A stretch of DNA of 64,000 bases, taken from positions 34,410 through 98,409 of the forward strand of contig CALFVX010000015.1 of NCBI GenBank assembly GCA_937928765.1, given 5' to 3'. Positions 1 through 11,718 of this stretch are shown here, piece by piece. Numbering within the stretch: position 1 is the stretch's first letter; every line of letters starts with the position of its first letter. The notes beneath the pieces are model-generated. The model saw nothing but the letters and a program-made list of their open reading frames with translations. It was not told the DNA's origin and ran no database searches. The position numbers and the translations under genes are program-made. This stretch comes from an uncultured Endomicrobiia bacterium. Lineage in GTDB: Bacteria > Elusimicrobiota > Endomicrobiia > DTEH01.

Positions 1-1620
1 ATAATTTGAATCCCATATTACTTTTTCTCCACCTAACGAAGTTCTTGTTATTGGATGTTGAAGATAAAACTCAACAATTTTATCCAAATTTAAATTTAAC
101 TTCGATTCTTTACATATTTTTATTATTCCATCTGCTATTTTTTTTACACCATAAGGATCAGAACTTCCTGTTGGTAAATTATCAGATATACACATATCTA
201 TTAAATCCGAAATTTTATTTGATAAAGAAAACAATAATGACAATTTATTTTTAGGAACATTATCATCATAACTTTTTGGTAAATAATGTTCTTGGCAACA
301 TTCTGCTATCTCCAATGGCAAATTATTATTTTTACAATATTCACTGAAATAAATTCTTCCTGCAACACCTATCAATTCTGGATACTCATAAACTATCTGG
401 GTAGTTAAATCGTTTTTTATAATTTTTGAAGTTAAATCTATAATATTATCTTCTATTTGAAAACCTAATTCTTCATTTATAAACTCTGCTAACTGTTTTA
501 TTCTTAAAACTTTGTCATAATATAAACTATCTAACTTTGCATTATAAATTATACCTTTAAGCTGTTCAAGTCTTAAAATAAAATCTATTTTTTTATCTGT
601 TTCATAATAATATTTCACATCATCTAATCTTGCTATTAAAACTTTTTCATAACCTTTTTTAATATCATCTAAAAATTCTGAAAATCCATTTTTTACACCT
701 ATGAATAAATTAACCAGTTTATCATCGTTGGTATATACAGGAATAAATTTTTGTTTTGTTTTCATACAGATGATTATAAACTCTTTAGGAAGAGATAAAA
801 AATCTTCAGAAATGCTACACAAAACACAACTCGGATACTCAACTATATGTAATATTTCTTTAAATAAATTTTCATCATTGTCTACTTTTAATTCTTTTTT
901 GCTAATTTTTAAAACATCTCTTATATTTTCAATTAAAATCTCTAACCTTTCTTCTTCATCAAAAATGATACATTCGTTTCTTAAAGTTTCGAAATACGAT
1001 TCTGCTAAAGATATATATTTTTTAGCAGTAATTTTTATTTTTTTTAAAGGAAAAGTTTTTATTCCATAAGTATAATTTGTAGAATTTAATGACAAAAATT
1101 TTGTTTTTATAAAATTATTACCATAAATAATCAAAACATTACGTATTGGTCTTGGAAATTTAAATTGTGTTTCATCCCAAAGCATTTGCTTAGGATAAGA
1201 AAGTTTACAAACTATATCATACAAAATTTTAGAAATAACACTCTTAACATTTACTCCACCATAAATTTTTTTCAAAGCTACAAATTTCCCCTTTTGTGTC
1301 TCTTTAATATATAAATCTTTTAATTCTGAAAAATTCTTTTTGGCAAATCCTACTGCTGCTTGTGTATATTCATTATCTTTTATAGCAATATTTACTGAAG
1401 GACCAATTATTTCTTGTACAACTTTTTTAGTATATTCAGAAAGATTTTTAATATAAACTATCAATCTTACTGGTGTAATATATGTATTAATATTATCATA
1501 TTCAAAATTATATTTTTTTAAAACCTCACCTGAAACAATCTTTAGTTGATTTTTATATTCTTCTATACACGACGATGGTAATTCTTCAGTATAAATTTCT
1601 ATTACTAAATTTTTTTTCAT
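1..1620 (-). CDS. glyS: Glycine--tRNA ligase beta subunit (3' end outside window)
   Basis: Not in the ORF track because it has no stop in the window. Manual translation from ATG 1620 gives [16 protein letters not shown]; spot-translated downstream segments give [24 protein letters not shown] and [13 protein letters not shown] overlap with the glyQ stop. Confidence 0.95.
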   Translation of the reverse strand, partial: MKKNLVIEIYTEELPSSCIEEYKNQLKIVSGEVLKKYNFEYDNINTYITPVRLIVYIKNLSEYTKKVVQEIIGPSVNIAIKDNEYTQAAVGFAKKNFSELKDLYIKETQKGKFVALKKIYGGVNVKSVISKILYDIVCKLSYPKQMLWDETQFKFPRPIRNVLIIYGNNFIKTKFLSLNSTNYTYGIKTFPLKKIKITAKKYISLAESYFETLRNECIIFDEEERLEILIENIRDVLKISKKELKVDNDENLFKEILHIVEYPSCVLCSISEDFLSLPKEFIIICMKTKQKFIPVYTNDDKLVNLFIGVKNGFSEFLDDIKKGYEKVLIARLDDVKYYYETDKKIDFILRLEQLKGIIYNAKLDSLYYDKVLRIKQLAEFINEELGFQIEDNIIDLTSKIIKNDLTTQIVYEYPELIGVAGRIYFSEYCKNNNLPLEIAECCQEHYLPKSYDDNVPKNKLSLLFSLSNKISDLIDMCISDNLPTGSSDPYGVKKIADGIIKICKESKLNLNLDKIVEFYLQHPITRTSLGGEKVIWDSNY

Positions 1621-2477
1621 AGATTATTCAATTCTAAATATTTTTTTGCAATTTTACTTGCCAAGTTTCTTATTTTTGCAATAAATAAAGCACGTTCTTG
1701 ATAAGAAATGGCTCCCTTTGCATCTAACAAATTAAATAAATGAGAACATTTCAAAAGAAAATCATATGCTACAATATATAAATCCTCATTTAATAATCTT
1801 AAGCATTCACTATAACAATCTTCAAAATGTTTTCTTATAATCTCTACATTAGATAATTCAAAATTATACTTACACCATTGTCTTTCATCTTCTAAATGCA
1901 TATCCTTATATTTGTAATCTTTGTTCCAAACAATATCAAAAACAGAATCCTTATTTTGTGAAACCATAGCAAGCCTTTCTAATCCATAAGTAATTTCACA
2001 AGAAATAGGTTGCAAATCAACACCTCCTACTTGTTGAAAATAAGTGAACTGTGTTATTTCCATACCGTCTAGCCATACTTCCCAACCTAACCCCCACGCA
2101 CCAAGTGTTGGACTTTCCCAATCATCTTCTACAAATCTTATATCATGCTGTTTAATTTTTATACCCATAGCTTCTAACGATGCTAAATAAACCTGTTGAA
2201 CATTTCGTGGCGGTGGTTTAAGTATTACCTGATATTGGTAATAATGTTGTAACCTATTAGGATTTTCAGCATATCTACCATCAGTTGGCCTTCGTGATGG
2301 CTCAACATAACAAACTCTCCATGGTTTTTTACCTAAACAACCAAAAAATGTTGCTGGATTAAATGTACCTGCACCTTTTTCTAAATCATATGGTTGCCAT
2401 AAAAGACAACCTTGTTTTGTCCAAAATTTATCTAATGTTAATATTATCTCTTGAAAAGACATAAATTTTATTTTCAT
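1617..2477 (-). CDS. glyQ: Glycine--tRNA ligase alpha subunit
   Basis: [45 protein letters not shown] motifs. Confidence 0.98.
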   Translation of the reverse strand: MKIKFMSFQEIILTLDKFWTKQGCLLWQPYDLEKGAGTFNPATFFGCLGKKPWRVCYVEPSRRPTDGRYAENPNRLQHYYQYQVILKPPPRNVQQVYLASLEAMGIKIKQHDIRFVEDDWESPTLGAWGLGWEVWLDGMEITQFTYFQQVGGVDLQPISCEITYGLERLAMVSQNKDSVFDIVWNKDYKYKDMHLEDERQWCKYNFELSNVEIIRKHFEDCYSECLRLLNEDLYIVAYDFLLKCSHLFNLLDAKGAISYQERALFIAKIRNLASKIAKKYLELNNL

Positions 2478-2482
2478 AATTT

Positions 2483-3241
2483 TTAAAAATTAACTTCATA
2501 CCTTAATGGTCTGTGAAGATAATTCTGTAAATATAAAAATATAAATTTTGAAACTTCATCAATAACTTCTGTATCAACTTTTAATTTTTCAATTTCTTCA
2601 GCGTTAAGTTTATAAAATTTTTTTAACAGTTCTATAGCAGATAAAGAAATTTTTAATTTCTCTAAATCAGATAAAGCTAAAGTTTTTAAACATTCACTAC
2701 ATACAATTCCTTTATCTATAAAATCAAAGTAAAAATAGAATTTATTATTCAAACTACTTTTACACTTTACACATTTATTAAGCTCTGGCATATAACCACA
2801 TAGTTTTATAAATCTAAAAACGAAAGCTAAAAAAACAACTTCAATATTTTTATTGTGATCTAAAAAATCAAACATCCTTTTTATTAAAAAAAATTTATTT
2901 TCGTCTTTTCCACATTCAAAAGTCAATGCATCAACAAGATCTAAAATTCTACAGGTATATTCATATATCTTAAAATTTTCTCTTAATTTATCATTAAAAT
3001 TTAAAACTTTTCCTCCAGCAAATTTAAAAGTAGTATCATAATTTTTATTCTTTAATTTTACAATCTGTAATTCAACTTCTGTTGCTGGTTCTAAAAAAGA
3101 AATAAATTTTGAAGTAATTTTGTTTACACTTTTAAAAAAAACTTTAACTTTTCCTAACTGCAACGAATAAATTGTTGCTATCTTATCATATTCTGAAAAA
3201 TTTTTCCTATTTATAACAAAACCGTTTATTATACAATACAT
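2483..3241 (-). CDS. recO: DNA repair protein RecO
   Basis: N-terminal OB-fold (E.DKI...S...GK), [12 protein letters not shown]...CSEC zinc finger, conserved position before glyQ. Confidence 0.92.
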   Translation of the reverse strand: MYCIINGFVINRKNFSEYDKIATIYSLQLGKVKVFFKSVNKITSKFISFLEPATEVELQIVKLKNKNYDTTFKFAGGKVLNFNDKLRENFKIYEYTCRILDLVDALTFECGKDENKFFLIKRMFDFLDHNKNIEVVFLAFVFRFIKLCGYMPELNKCVKCKSSLNNKFYFYFDFIDKGIVCSECLKTLALSDLEKLKISLSAIELLKKFYKLNAEEIEKLKVDTEVIDEVSKFIFLYLQNYLHRPLRYEVNF

Positions 3242-3244
3242 ATT

Positions 3245-4651
3245 TTATTTTAGAACATTATTTAGTTGAGGCAAAATAATCTGTGCTATTTTAAAATAAA
3301 TTATTAACCCAAAAACATCTATTACACTTGTGATTACAGGACCTGTAAGAACTGCTGGATCTAACCCCATCCTTTTAGATATAACAGGTAAAAAAATTCC
3401 TGTTGAAATTGCTAAGATTATCAGACAAACCATCGTAATCCCTACAACTAAAGAAACATCAAAACCAACACCTAAACTTAATCCTCTAAAAAAAGCAAGA
3501 ATTCCAACACACAATGCCATCATTAGCGCAGATATTATCTCAAGTTTTATCACACGAAATATATCTTTAAAACTCACATCTCCTGTTGAAAAACTACGTA
3601 TTAAAATAGTAGCTGTTTGTGCACCAGCATTGCCTCCTGTGTCTAACAGCATAGGTATAAAAAATGTTAAAGCAACAACAGAAGAAATTGCATGTTCAAA
3701 AGTTTTCAATACTGTCCCTGTTAAAAAATCAAAAATTAACAACAAGGTTAACCATCCAACACGACGTTTAAACAAATACCAAGGTGTTGCTTCTTGATAT
3801 CTTATTTCTTCTTTACCACCAATTTTACCTACTTCGTAAATTTGTTTTGTATTAAGTTGGTTTATAATATCAATTACATCATCTACTGTTATAACACCTA
3901 CTAAAATATCGTTTTCATCTACCACTGGAGCAATAACTAAATCATATTTTGCAAACAACCTTGCAACATCTTCTTGAGAAGTATTTACATTAACCTTTAT
4001 AAAATTCACACTTGACATAATATCTGAAACTTTGATATCTGAAGGTGCTGCAACAAGTTTTCTTAAAGTAACGCCTCCTAAAAGTTTTCTTTTTTCATCC
4101 ACAACATAAAATGCGTGTAAAGACGAATATTTTCTAAATCTTGATAAAGAATGAATATAATTTATTGCTTGTTTAGCAGTCATTGATGGGTACAAACTTA
4201 TAAAATAAGTGTTCATTATAATTCCAGCTGTACCTTCTTTATAATTTAATGTCTGCTGAATAAAATTAAAATCTTCTTTGTTGATACTATTTAACAATTT
4301 CTTTTTAATACGTTCTGGCAGATGTCTTACAAGTTTTACTTTTTCATCTGCAGGCATATCTTCTACAAGTTTTTCTAATGGGTTCTGCTCAAGGTTTTCT
4401 ATGACCCAACTTTGTTCCTTAGGATCCAAATCTTCAAATACAGCAATTGCCCTATTAAAATTTAATAACCTAAATATAATCAACTGTTCTTCTTTATCAA
4501 AATTATGAAATCCTTCAGCTAAATCTATAGGATGAATGTTGTTTAACACCTCTTTCAACTCAAAAAATTTTTTTTCTTTGATAAGTTGTTTTATTTCTGG
4601 AACAAATAATAATAATGAATATATTGTAGAAGTTTTGTGATTTTTTACCAT
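3245..4651 (-). CDS. mgtE: Magnesium transporter MgtE
   Basis: MgtE_N, CBS pair, FFIPML..TGGNAGAQ, DPAVLTGPVITSVIDV. Start placed at ATG 4651 behind an AAGGTGG SD-like motif (ORF track starts at GTG 4660). Confidence 0.95.
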   Translation of the reverse strand: MVKNHKTSTIYSLLLFVPEIKQLIKEKKFFELKEVLNNIHPIDLAEGFHNFDKEEQLIIFRLLNFNRAIAVFEDLDPKEQSWVIENLEQNPLEKLVEDMPADEKVKLVRHLPERIKKKLLNSINKEDFNFIQQTLNYKEGTAGIIMNTYFISLYPSMTAKQAINYIHSLSRFRKYSSLHAFYVVDEKRKLLGGVTLRKLVAAPSDIKVSDIMSSVNFIKVNVNTSQEDVARLFAKYDLVIAPVVDENDILVGVITVDDVIDIINQLNTKQIYEVGKIGGKEEIRYQEATPWYLFKRRVGWLTLLLIFDFLTGTVLKTFEHAISSVVALTFFIPMLLDTGGNAGAQTATILIRSFSTGDVSFKDIFRVIKLEIISALMMALCVGILAFFRGLSLGVGFDVSLVVGITMVCLIILAISTGIFLPVISKRMGLDPAVLTGPVITSVIDVFGLIIYFKIAQIILPQLNNVLK

Positions 4652-4676
4652 AAAGTCCACCTTAAAATCTTAAAAT

Positions 4677-5900
4677 TTAAAGTTTTTCTAATCTTACTTT
4701 TTTTATAACCTTATCAGTAGCATCCAAAATTTCAATTTTTAAATTATTAATCTCAAATTTTTCAGACACGCTTGGTATATATCCTAATTTTGTCATTATA
4801 TATCCACCTATTGTAACAACTCCTTCGTCTTCAAAATTTATATCAAAAATTTCTGCAATATTTTTAATACTTTCATCACCGTTTACTACTATTATATTAT
4901 TATTTACAAATTTTATTTTTTCCTCTTTTATATCATACTCATCATAAATTTCTCCAACTATTTCTTCTATTATATCCTCAATTGTAACAAGTCCAACTGT
5001 AGAACCATATTCATCTACAACAATGCCCATATGATGTTGTCCTTGTTTAAATTTTTTTAAAACATCTATCACTTTTGCTGTATTAATCACAAAATATGGT
5101 TCTCTTAGGAAATCTTCTAATAGTAATATTTCTTTGTTCTGCATAGCTAAAATTATGTCTTTTGTATAAATAATTCCAATTATATTATCAATATTCCTTC
5201 TATAAACTGGAATCCGAGAATATTTAACATTGTTTAACTTTTCTATTATTTCATCTAAAGAAGCAGAACCGTCAACTGCTACTATCTCTTCCTTAGGAAC
5301 CATAACATCATAAACTCTTTTATCTGTCAACTCTAACATATTAGAATATAGAATTTTTTCTTCTTTTGAAGTATTATTAATTGAATAAACTAATTGTTTT
5401 ATCTCTTCTGCTGAAACAAAAAAACTTTCTTGTTTTTCTCCTAAAAAAATATTAATAAAATACATACTTATATTAACTAAAAATTTAGATATCGGATATA
5501 AAAATTTACTAAAGAAAAATAATTCTTTAATAAAATAGTTAATAACTTTCTGCGGATGATTTAAAGCAAAAACTTTAGGTAATATTTCTCCTATAACTAA
5601 TAATAACAAAGTAGAAAAACCTATCCATATACCCAAACTTTTAGTTAACACACCAATACCAATACATATTAGATTTGTGCCAAATAAAATTGTTCCTAAA
5701 ACAATTTCTGGCTTTGTCTCCCATAGAGAAATGTATTTTATAATATTCTCATTTTTTATCTCAAATTTTTTAGCGCTATACTTTAGCAAAGCAGTTTCTA
5801 TACTCGCAAAAAATCCTGCTGAAATTAAAAAAAATATGTAAATAAATATTTTTATAATGACTATTATGTTATCTGTTTGCAGACCTAAAATCATATTCAT
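4677..5900 (-). CDS. CNNM/DUF21-CBS-CorC_HlyC (hemolysin/CorB family) Mg2+ transport protein
   Basis: FFASIETA, GEILPK, YSRIPVY, VVDEYG..GLVTIEDIIEEIVGEIYDEYD, C-terminal CorC domain; start codon uncertain. Confidence 0.9.
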   Translation of the reverse strand: MNMILGLQTDNIIVIIKIFIYIFFLISAGFFASIETALLKYSAKKFEIKNENIIKYISLWETKPEIVLGTILFGTNLICIGIGVLTKSLGIWIGFSTLLLLVIGEILPKVFALNHPQKVINYFIKELFFFSKFLYPISKFLVNISMYFINIFLGEKQESFFVSAEEIKQLVYSINNTSKEEKILYSNMLELTDKRVYDVMVPKEEIVAVDGSASLDEIIEKLNNVKYSRIPVYRRNIDNIIGIIYTKDIILAMQNKEILLLEDFLREPYFVINTAKVIDVLKKFKQGQHHMGIVVDEYGSTVGLVTIEDIIEEIVGEIYDEYDIKEEKIKFVNNNIIVVNGDESIKNIAEIFDINFEDEGVVTIGGYIMTKLGYIPSVSEKFEINNLKIEILDATDKVIKKVRLEKL

Positions 5901-6855
5901 CCAAAATTTCTCCTACAAGTTCTTCTATTATATCTTCTAATGTTACTATACCACAAAATCTTTTATTATCATCTACAACTTTTGCAATTAATATCTGAGT
6001 CTCTTTAAATTTTTTTAACACATCTTTAGCTTTATCTTTTAAGCTTACTTCAAGTATAGGATGTATAATGTCATTTATACTACATTCTGAAGTAGAACAT
6101 AAATAAAACAAATCTTTTATTAAAACATAGCCAATAATCTTTTCGTAAGAACCATTATATAATGGTATTCTTGTTTTCCCAGTCTCTATTAATTCTGTAA
6201 TTATATGTTGGAAATCTTTTTTTGATATATCAATCATTGCAACTTTCTCTTTGGGAACTAAAATATCTTTTATTATTACATCTTCAAATTTTACAGCTCG
6301 TTCTAAAAATTCGTTTATATCCTTTTGCAAAATTTGTTTTGAAGCATCAGAAATAACCTTTTTTAACTCATCGATCTTTGTGAAATAATAATCTTGGTTT
6401 TTATTTAAGTATTTTTCTATAAAATATAAAATTGGAGAAAAAACAAAAAATATTAAATATTGTAGAATGTACAATATAAATAAAGAAATTTGTGAAAATT
6501 TTTCTGAAAAATTTTTCCCAATAAATTTTGGTATCAACTCACAAAAAACCATTACTACAAAAGTTATAGTTAACCATATTATTATCTCTTTAATTTCTCT
6601 ATTTAAATCAAATTTTAAATTTAAAAATATCTTTGTTGAAAAATAACTTAATAGCAGATTAACTACAGTGTTACTTATTATTATAGCAACCAGTATCCTG
6701 TATGGTTTAATAACCCATATATTCAAAGGTTGTTTTAAAATTTTATTTTTAATATAAAGCTTTCTTATTTTATAATCAGGTAAAGAAGTTAATGCAGATT
6801 CACTACCTGAGAAAAAAAATGAAAAAATCATTAAAAATAAAATATAAATAATCAT
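5869..6855 (-). CDS. CNNM/DUF21-CBS protein lacking the C-terminal CorC_HlyC domain
   Basis: FFSGSESAL, ELIPK, TRIPLY, GIVTLEDIIEELVGEILDEYD followed quickly by a stop. Confidence 0.88.
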   Translation of the reverse strand: MIIYILFLMIFSFFFSGSESALTSLPDYKIRKLYIKNKILKQPLNIWVIKPYRILVAIIISNTVVNLLLSYFSTKIFLNLKFDLNREIKEIIIWLTITFVVMVFCELIPKFIGKNFSEKFSQISLFILYILQYLIFFVFSPILYFIEKYLNKNQDYYFTKIDELKKVISDASKQILQKDINEFLERAVKFEDVIIKDILVPKEKVAMIDISKKDFQHIITELIETGKTRIPLYNGSYEKIIGYVLIKDLFYLCSTSECSINDIIHPILEVSLKDKAKDVLKKFKETQILIAKVVDDNKRFCGIVTLEDIIEELVGEILDEYDFRSANR

Positions 6856-7277
6856 AATATATCTTCTTCCTTTAATAATTTTAAAATTTCCTCACCTTTT
6901 TTTAACATTTTTTTTCTTTTTTTGTAAGTATTATCTTTCATCCCTATAAAATGTAATACACCATGAATAATCACAAATACAAATTCTTCTCTTGGTAAAA
7001 TTCTTAAAGTTCTTGCATTTTTTATAACTTGCTCTATAGATATGATTATATCAGCACAACTATTATCATACTTAAAACATAAAATATCAGTAGAATAATT
7101 TTTGTTTAAAAATTTTTTATTAAATCTTTTTATTTCTTTATTGTCAGTAAATATAAAATTTAGCTCTAAATTTTTATTATTTTTTATCAAATTATTTATT
7201 ATTTCAACTATAAGATCTTTTGTCTTTTTTGTAGAAATAATTTTTTTTTCTGTTTTATAAAACAAGTTTATTTTCAT
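6852..7277 (-). CDS. ybeY: rRNA maturation endoribonuclease YbeY
   Basis: N..F....TDIL.F, DIIIS, IHGVLHFIGMKD; phoH-HD-ybeY synteny. Confidence 0.92.
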   Translation of the reverse strand: MKINLFYKTEKKIISTKKTKDLIVEIINNLIKNNKNLELNFIFTDNKEIKRFNKKFLNKNYSTDILCFKYDNSCADIIISIEQVIKNARTLRILPREEFVFVIIHGVLHFIGMKDNTYKKRKKMLKKGEEILKLLKEEDIL

Positions 7278-7288
7278 TAAAATAGAAT

Positions 7289-8854
7289 TTATTTTTCTTC
7301 ACCACGATATGTTCTTAAATGATAAAAACTAATCAACATTTGAGTAATTATATTTGAAATTTTATACAGATCCCTTAAGGTCAAAGGGACTTCATCAAAT
7401 TGTCCTTCTACAAATTTTGTATTAATTACTCTTTCTATTGTTTCTTTAATTTTTTGTGCGTCAGGCTCTGCTATACTTCTACAAGCAGCCTCGCACGAAT
7501 CACAAATCATTACCACAGCAGCCTCTTTTGTTTGAGGTTTTGGTCCAGGATAGCGTAAAATTTCTTTGTCAAAAAAACCTAATTCTAAGGTTTTGTCGTA
7601 AAGGCCGTATATTATAGAATTTCCATGGTGTTGTTGAATAATATCAATAATTGCCTGATCAAGTTTATGCTCTTTAGCTAATTTCACTCCTTCTTTTACA
7701 TGATTTACTATTACTAAAGCAGAAAGTGATGGATTGATCTCAGAATGTGGATTTTTAACAGCAATTTGATTTTCAATAAAATATTCTGGATTTGCAATTT
7801 TTCCTATATCGTGATAATATCCAGCTACTTTACATAATAAATAATTTAATCCTAAACTCACAGAAACATTTTCAGCTAAAGAAGATACTATAATTGAATG
7901 ATGATAAGTTCCTGGTGCTTCAGCCATCATCTGTTTTAACAAAGGATTATTAAAATTAGATAGTTCAACTAATTTTATGTTAGTAGTTCTTTGATATATT
8001 GCTTCTAACAACGGAGAAAAAACTGATATTACTAACCAACTTAATATCCCGCTTAATATATGATAAAAAGGTAAATTAAATAAATTTAAATTATAAACAG
8101 AGCCAAATTTATCTAAAGAAAAAATAAGGATACTATAGTAATTATTTTTTGTTATAAAAATCAAACTTATAGAAATCAAAAAATTTATAACTGTTGTCTT
8201 AAAAACAATTGGTAACAAATCTTTTCTTGAAAAAATTTTTTCTACTTTAGTCAAACTATATAGAGATGTTAAAAAATAAAAAACAATAATTATAAAAACA
8301 TTTATTTCATTTATGTAATATATAAATCCTGACAAAAATGAATTTAATAAAATAAAAGCTAAACCCCACCAATATCCAATTAATAAACCTGATAAAATAG
8401 CAAACCCGCTTACAGGAAAAATATAAAAATTCAAATTATTTATTTTAAAAATAAGAAGTATTACTGTATTAAATAATGTTAATGTCCAAAATAAAATTAA
8501 ATCTTTTTTATACTGTAATTTCTGTAATCCAACAGAAATTTGTATATAGTTAATAAAAAATTTATATATTTTTGAAATAATATAAATTACTGTCAAAAAA
8601 CAACTTGTCTTGACTAATATAAGAAAAAATATTGTTATATTGCTACCATAAAATATATCATTAAACATTCTAACGTATGTAATTCCTATAATGATAAAAA
8701 CAAAAATTACTGCCAAACCCCACCATGGAACTACATGCTCTGTTTTTATAACTTTTACTCTAGAAGTTATTTCTACACTTTGTTCTACTTTTTCTATTTT
8801 ATCTAACCATTTAATAAGTATTGGTTTAATCTTTATAAAAAATTTTTTAAACAT
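7289..8854 (-). CDS. 7TM-HDIG phosphohydrolase (PgpH-like cyclic-di-AMP phosphodiesterase family)
   Basis: Multiple TM helices then APGTYHHS, YYHDIGK, YFIENQ, HVKEG, QHHG, RYPGPKP, DSCEAA. Confidence 0.9.
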   Translation of the reverse strand: MFKKFFIKIKPILIKWLDKIEKVEQSVEITSRVKVIKTEHVVPWWGLAVIFVFIIIGITYVRMFNDIFYGSNITIFFLILVKTSCFLTVIYIISKIYKFFINYIQISVGLQKLQYKKDLILFWTLTLFNTVILLIFKINNLNFYIFPVSGFAILSGLLIGYWWGLAFILLNSFLSGFIYYINEINVFIIIVFYFLTSLYSLTKVEKIFSRKDLLPIVFKTTVINFLISISLIFITKNNYYSILIFSLDKFGSVYNLNLFNLPFYHILSGILSWLVISVFSPLLEAIYQRTTNIKLVELSNFNNPLLKQMMAEAPGTYHHSIIVSSLAENVSVSLGLNYLLCKVAGYYHDIGKIANPEYFIENQIAVKNPHSEINPSLSALVIVNHVKEGVKLAKEHKLDQAIIDIIQQHHGNSIIYGLYDKTLELGFFDKEILRYPGPKPQTKEAAVVMICDSCEAACRSIAEPDAQKIKETIERVINTKFVEGQFDEVPLTLRDLYKISNIITQMLISFYHLRTYRGEEK

Positions 8855-8862
8855 ATCTAATT

Positions 8863-9846
8863 TTACTCTTTTTTATTATGTTGTTTTTTTTCCCATTCTT
8901 CATAAGCTTTTACAATTTTTTTTACCAGTTTATGTCTAACTATATCATTTTCTGTGAAATTAACAAATTTTATTTCTTCAATGTTTTTAAGTATATCTAT
9001 AATTAAAATAAGTCCAGATTTCTTGGTATTATCCAAATCTATCTGTGTTATATCTCCTGTAACAACTAACTGCGAATTAAAACCTAACCTTGTAAGAAAC
9101 ATCTTCATTTGTTCAGGTGTGGTATTCTGTGCTTCATCTAATATTACGAAAGCATCGTTTAAAGTTCTTCCTCTCATATAAGCCAAAGGTATTATTTCTA
9201 TTATTTCTTCATCTAAATATCTTCTTAATTTATCCGGACCTAAAAGAACAAAAAATGCGTCATATAAAGGTTTTAAATATGGATTAATTTTATCATATAA
9301 ATCTCCTGGCAAAAATCCCAACTTTTCACCTGCTTCCACTACAGGTCTTGTTAAAACTACTTTGTAAACTTCATTTCTTTCTAACTTCATTATAGCAGAC
9401 ATTACTGCAAGAAATGTTTTCCCTGTACCTGCTGGACCTATCCCTATAACTATATCATATTCGTCCATCATTTCTAAATATAATTTTTGTGTTGGAGTTT
9501 TTGGTTTTATAATTTCACCATCGTATGCAAGAAATTCATACTTCTTTAAAAAAGTTACTTTTTTTTGTTCTTGTAAAGATGATATTTCTGGTCTTTTATA
9601 AAAAATATTTTCTTCTGAAATAGAAGATGATTCTTTCCCTAAAGAAAGATGTTGCAAAGATAAATACGCTTTTTCAACATTTTCTTTAGAACCTATCACA
9701 TCAATTTCAAATCCTTCTTCATCAGGCAAAGGATAATAATAAATCTCTACTTTATTAAATTTTTCAATATATCTTATATTTTTATCCTGTTCTCCTATAA
9801 GATTAATTAATTCTTTTTTATTTTTAACATATATTTTTTTCTTCAT
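8863..9846 (-). CDS. phoH: PhoH-family ATPase
   Basis: GPAGTGKT, RPVVEAGEKLGFLPGD, PLAYMRGRTL, DEAQN, GDITQID. Confidence 0.95.
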   Translation of the reverse strand: MKKKIYVKNKKELINLIGEQDKNIRYIEKFNKVEIYYYPLPDEEGFEIDVIGSKENVEKAYLSLQHLSLGKESSSISEENIFYKRPEISSLQEQKKVTFLKKYEFLAYDGEIIKPKTPTQKLYLEMMDEYDIVIGIGPAGTGKTFLAVMSAIMKLERNEVYKVVLTRPVVEAGEKLGFLPGDLYDKINPYLKPLYDAFFVLLGPDKLRRYLDEEIIEIIPLAYMRGRTLNDAFVILDEAQNTTPEQMKMFLTRLGFNSQLVVTGDITQIDLDNTKKSGLILIIDILKNIEEIKFVNFTENDIVRHKLVKKIVKAYEEWEKKQHNKKE

Positions 9847-9850
9847 AGCT

Positions 9851-11602
9851 TTAAACTTTTATTTTGATATTTAATTCATCAAGTTGTTTTCTTTCTACAT
9901 TTGATGGCGCCCCTGTCAACAAACACACACCTTTTTGTGTTTTTGGAAAAGCTATTACATCTCTTATTGACTTTGAATCTGTAAGAATAGCCAAAAGACG
10001 GTCAAATCCTAAAGCAATACCACCGTGTGGTGGAGCACCATACTGTAAGGCTTCTATAAAAAATCCAAATCTATTATTTATGTCTTCGTCAGATAATTTC
10101 AAAATTTTAAAAATTTTCTGTTGTAGTTCATAATTATGTATTCTTATACTACCACCACCAAGTTCTATCCCGTTTAAAACAATATCATACGCTTTAGAAC
10201 GAACTTTTAAAGGTTCGTCTTCTAAAAATTTTATATCTTCTTGTTTAGGAGCTGTAAATGGATGATGTACACTTACAATACGGCTTTCTTCTTCAGAAAA
10301 TTCAAACAATGGAAAATCTACGATCCATACAAATTTATATTTTTTATTATCTATTAAATCGAAATCTTCTGCTAACTTCTGCCTTAGTATACCTAGTAGT
10401 TGACAACTCTTTTTATGTTCTCCAGCAGAAAAAAATAAAATTTCATTATTATTTAAATTAAGTTTTTTAGCAAGTAGATTTAGCTCTTCCTTAGAAAAAA
10501 ATTTTACAATATTTGATTCAAACTCGTTATTTAAAAATTTCATCCATGCTAAACCTTCTCCACCACAGGATTTTATAAATTCAATATAATCACTAATTTG
10601 TTGGCGAGAAAATTTTTCTCCTTGTGGTACAACTATTACATTTATTTCTCCATTATTTTTTATTACATTACTAAATACTTTAAATTCTGTATTTTTAAAA
10701 ATTTCACTAACATTTATAATCTCTAAACCATATCTTAAATCTGGTCTGTCAGTACCATATTTTGATATTGCTTCATTGTAAGAAATTCTTTTAATAGGAA
10801 GTTGAAGAGGTTCACCAAAAACATACTCAAAAATTTTTGAAATTAGTTTTTCTGTTATACTTATAACTTCTTCCTCTGAAACAAAAGACATTTCATAATC
10901 TATCTGAGTAAATTCTGGTTGTCTATCCGAACGAAGGTCTTCATCACGAAAACAACGAACTATCTGAAAGTATTTATCAATCCCAGCTATCATAAGGATT
11001 TGTTTAAACAACTGCGGTGATTGTGGTAAAGCATAAAAACTTCCAACAGATAATCTTGACGGAACCAAAAAATCTCTTGCACCTTCAGGAGTTGATTTTG
11101 TAAGAACCGGTGTTTCAATTTCAAGAAATCCTTCTGAAACAAAAAAATTACGAATAACATTCAAAAGTTCGCTTCTTAATTTTAAATTATTAAACATCTC
11201 TTTCCTACGAATATCAAGGTATCTATATTTTAACCTCAACTCTTCAGAGATATCTTTATATTCAGATATTTCAAAAGGCAATACTTTTGAAGTATTTAAA
11301 ACTTCGAGTTCAGAACATAGAACCTCAACTTCTCCTGAATAAAGTTTAGGATTTTCAGTACCTTTTGGACGAAATCTTACCATTCCTTTAACTTTTATTA
11401 CATATTCATTTTTTAGTTTTTCTGCTTTAGAAAACAACTCTTTATTATCTGGCTGAAAAACAATTTGTACTATACCTTCTTTATCTCTTAGATCAATAAA
11501 AATAACTCCTCCATGGTCACGTCTTGAATGTATCCAGCCAAACAAAGTGACCTCTTTGTTTAAATAATCTTTATTTATTTTACCACAATACAGTCTTTGC
11601 AT
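9851..11602 (-). CDS. aspS: Aspartate--tRNA ligase, probably non-discriminating (Asp/Asn)
   Basis: RRDHGG (His variant typical of non-discriminating AspRS), [42 protein letters not shown]. Confidence 0.97.
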   Translation of the reverse strand: MQRLYCGKINKDYLNKEVTLFGWIHSRRDHGGVIFIDLRDKEGIVQIVFQPDNKELFSKAEKLKNEYVIKVKGMVRFRPKGTENPKLYSGEVEVLCSELEVLNTSKVLPFEISEYKDISEELRLKYRYLDIRRKEMFNNLKLRSELLNVIRNFFVSEGFLEIETPVLTKSTPEGARDFLVPSRLSVGSFYALPQSPQLFKQILMIAGIDKYFQIVRCFRDEDLRSDRQPEFTQIDYEMSFVSEEEVISITEKLISKIFEYVFGEPLQLPIKRISYNEAISKYGTDRPDLRYGLEIINVSEIFKNTEFKVFSNVIKNNGEINVIVVPQGEKFSRQQISDYIEFIKSCGGEGLAWMKFLNNEFESNIVKFFSKEELNLLAKKLNLNNNEILFFSAGEHKKSCQLLGILRQKLAEDFDLIDNKKYKFVWIVDFPLFEFSEEESRIVSVHHPFTAPKQEDIKFLEDEPLKVRSKAYDIVLNGIELGGGSIRIHNYELQQKIFKILKLSDEDINNRFGFFIEALQYGAPPHGGIALGFDRLLAILTDSKSIRDVIAFPKTQKGVCLLTGAPSNVERKQLDELNIKIKV

Positions 11603-11646
11603 AACTTGAAATCCTTTCTATAATATATAAAAAAAATAACAAAATT

Positions 11647-11675
11647 TTTATACTAATTTTTTGTCATTATTGCAA
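11647..11675 (-). promoter_or_regulatory. Putative sigma70 promoter of the aspS operon
   Basis: Minus strand TTGCAA (11675-11670), 17 bp, TATAAA, in the 116-bp gap upstream of aspS. Confidence 0.45.
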
Positions 11676-11718
11676 CAATAGAAAAGCAATTAAAATGACA
11701 GGTTTTTAAGGAAGGTTT

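Noticed and set aside
6..1069. Plus-strand ORFs 6..254 and 701..1069
   Set aside because: Antisense shadows of glyS, which shows family motifs throughout 1-1620 on the minus strand.
6852..7277. YbeY third metal ligand His replaced by Asp (HGVLHFIGMKD)
   Set aside because: The same variant is familiar from other phyla such as Bacteroidota; not evidence of inactivity.
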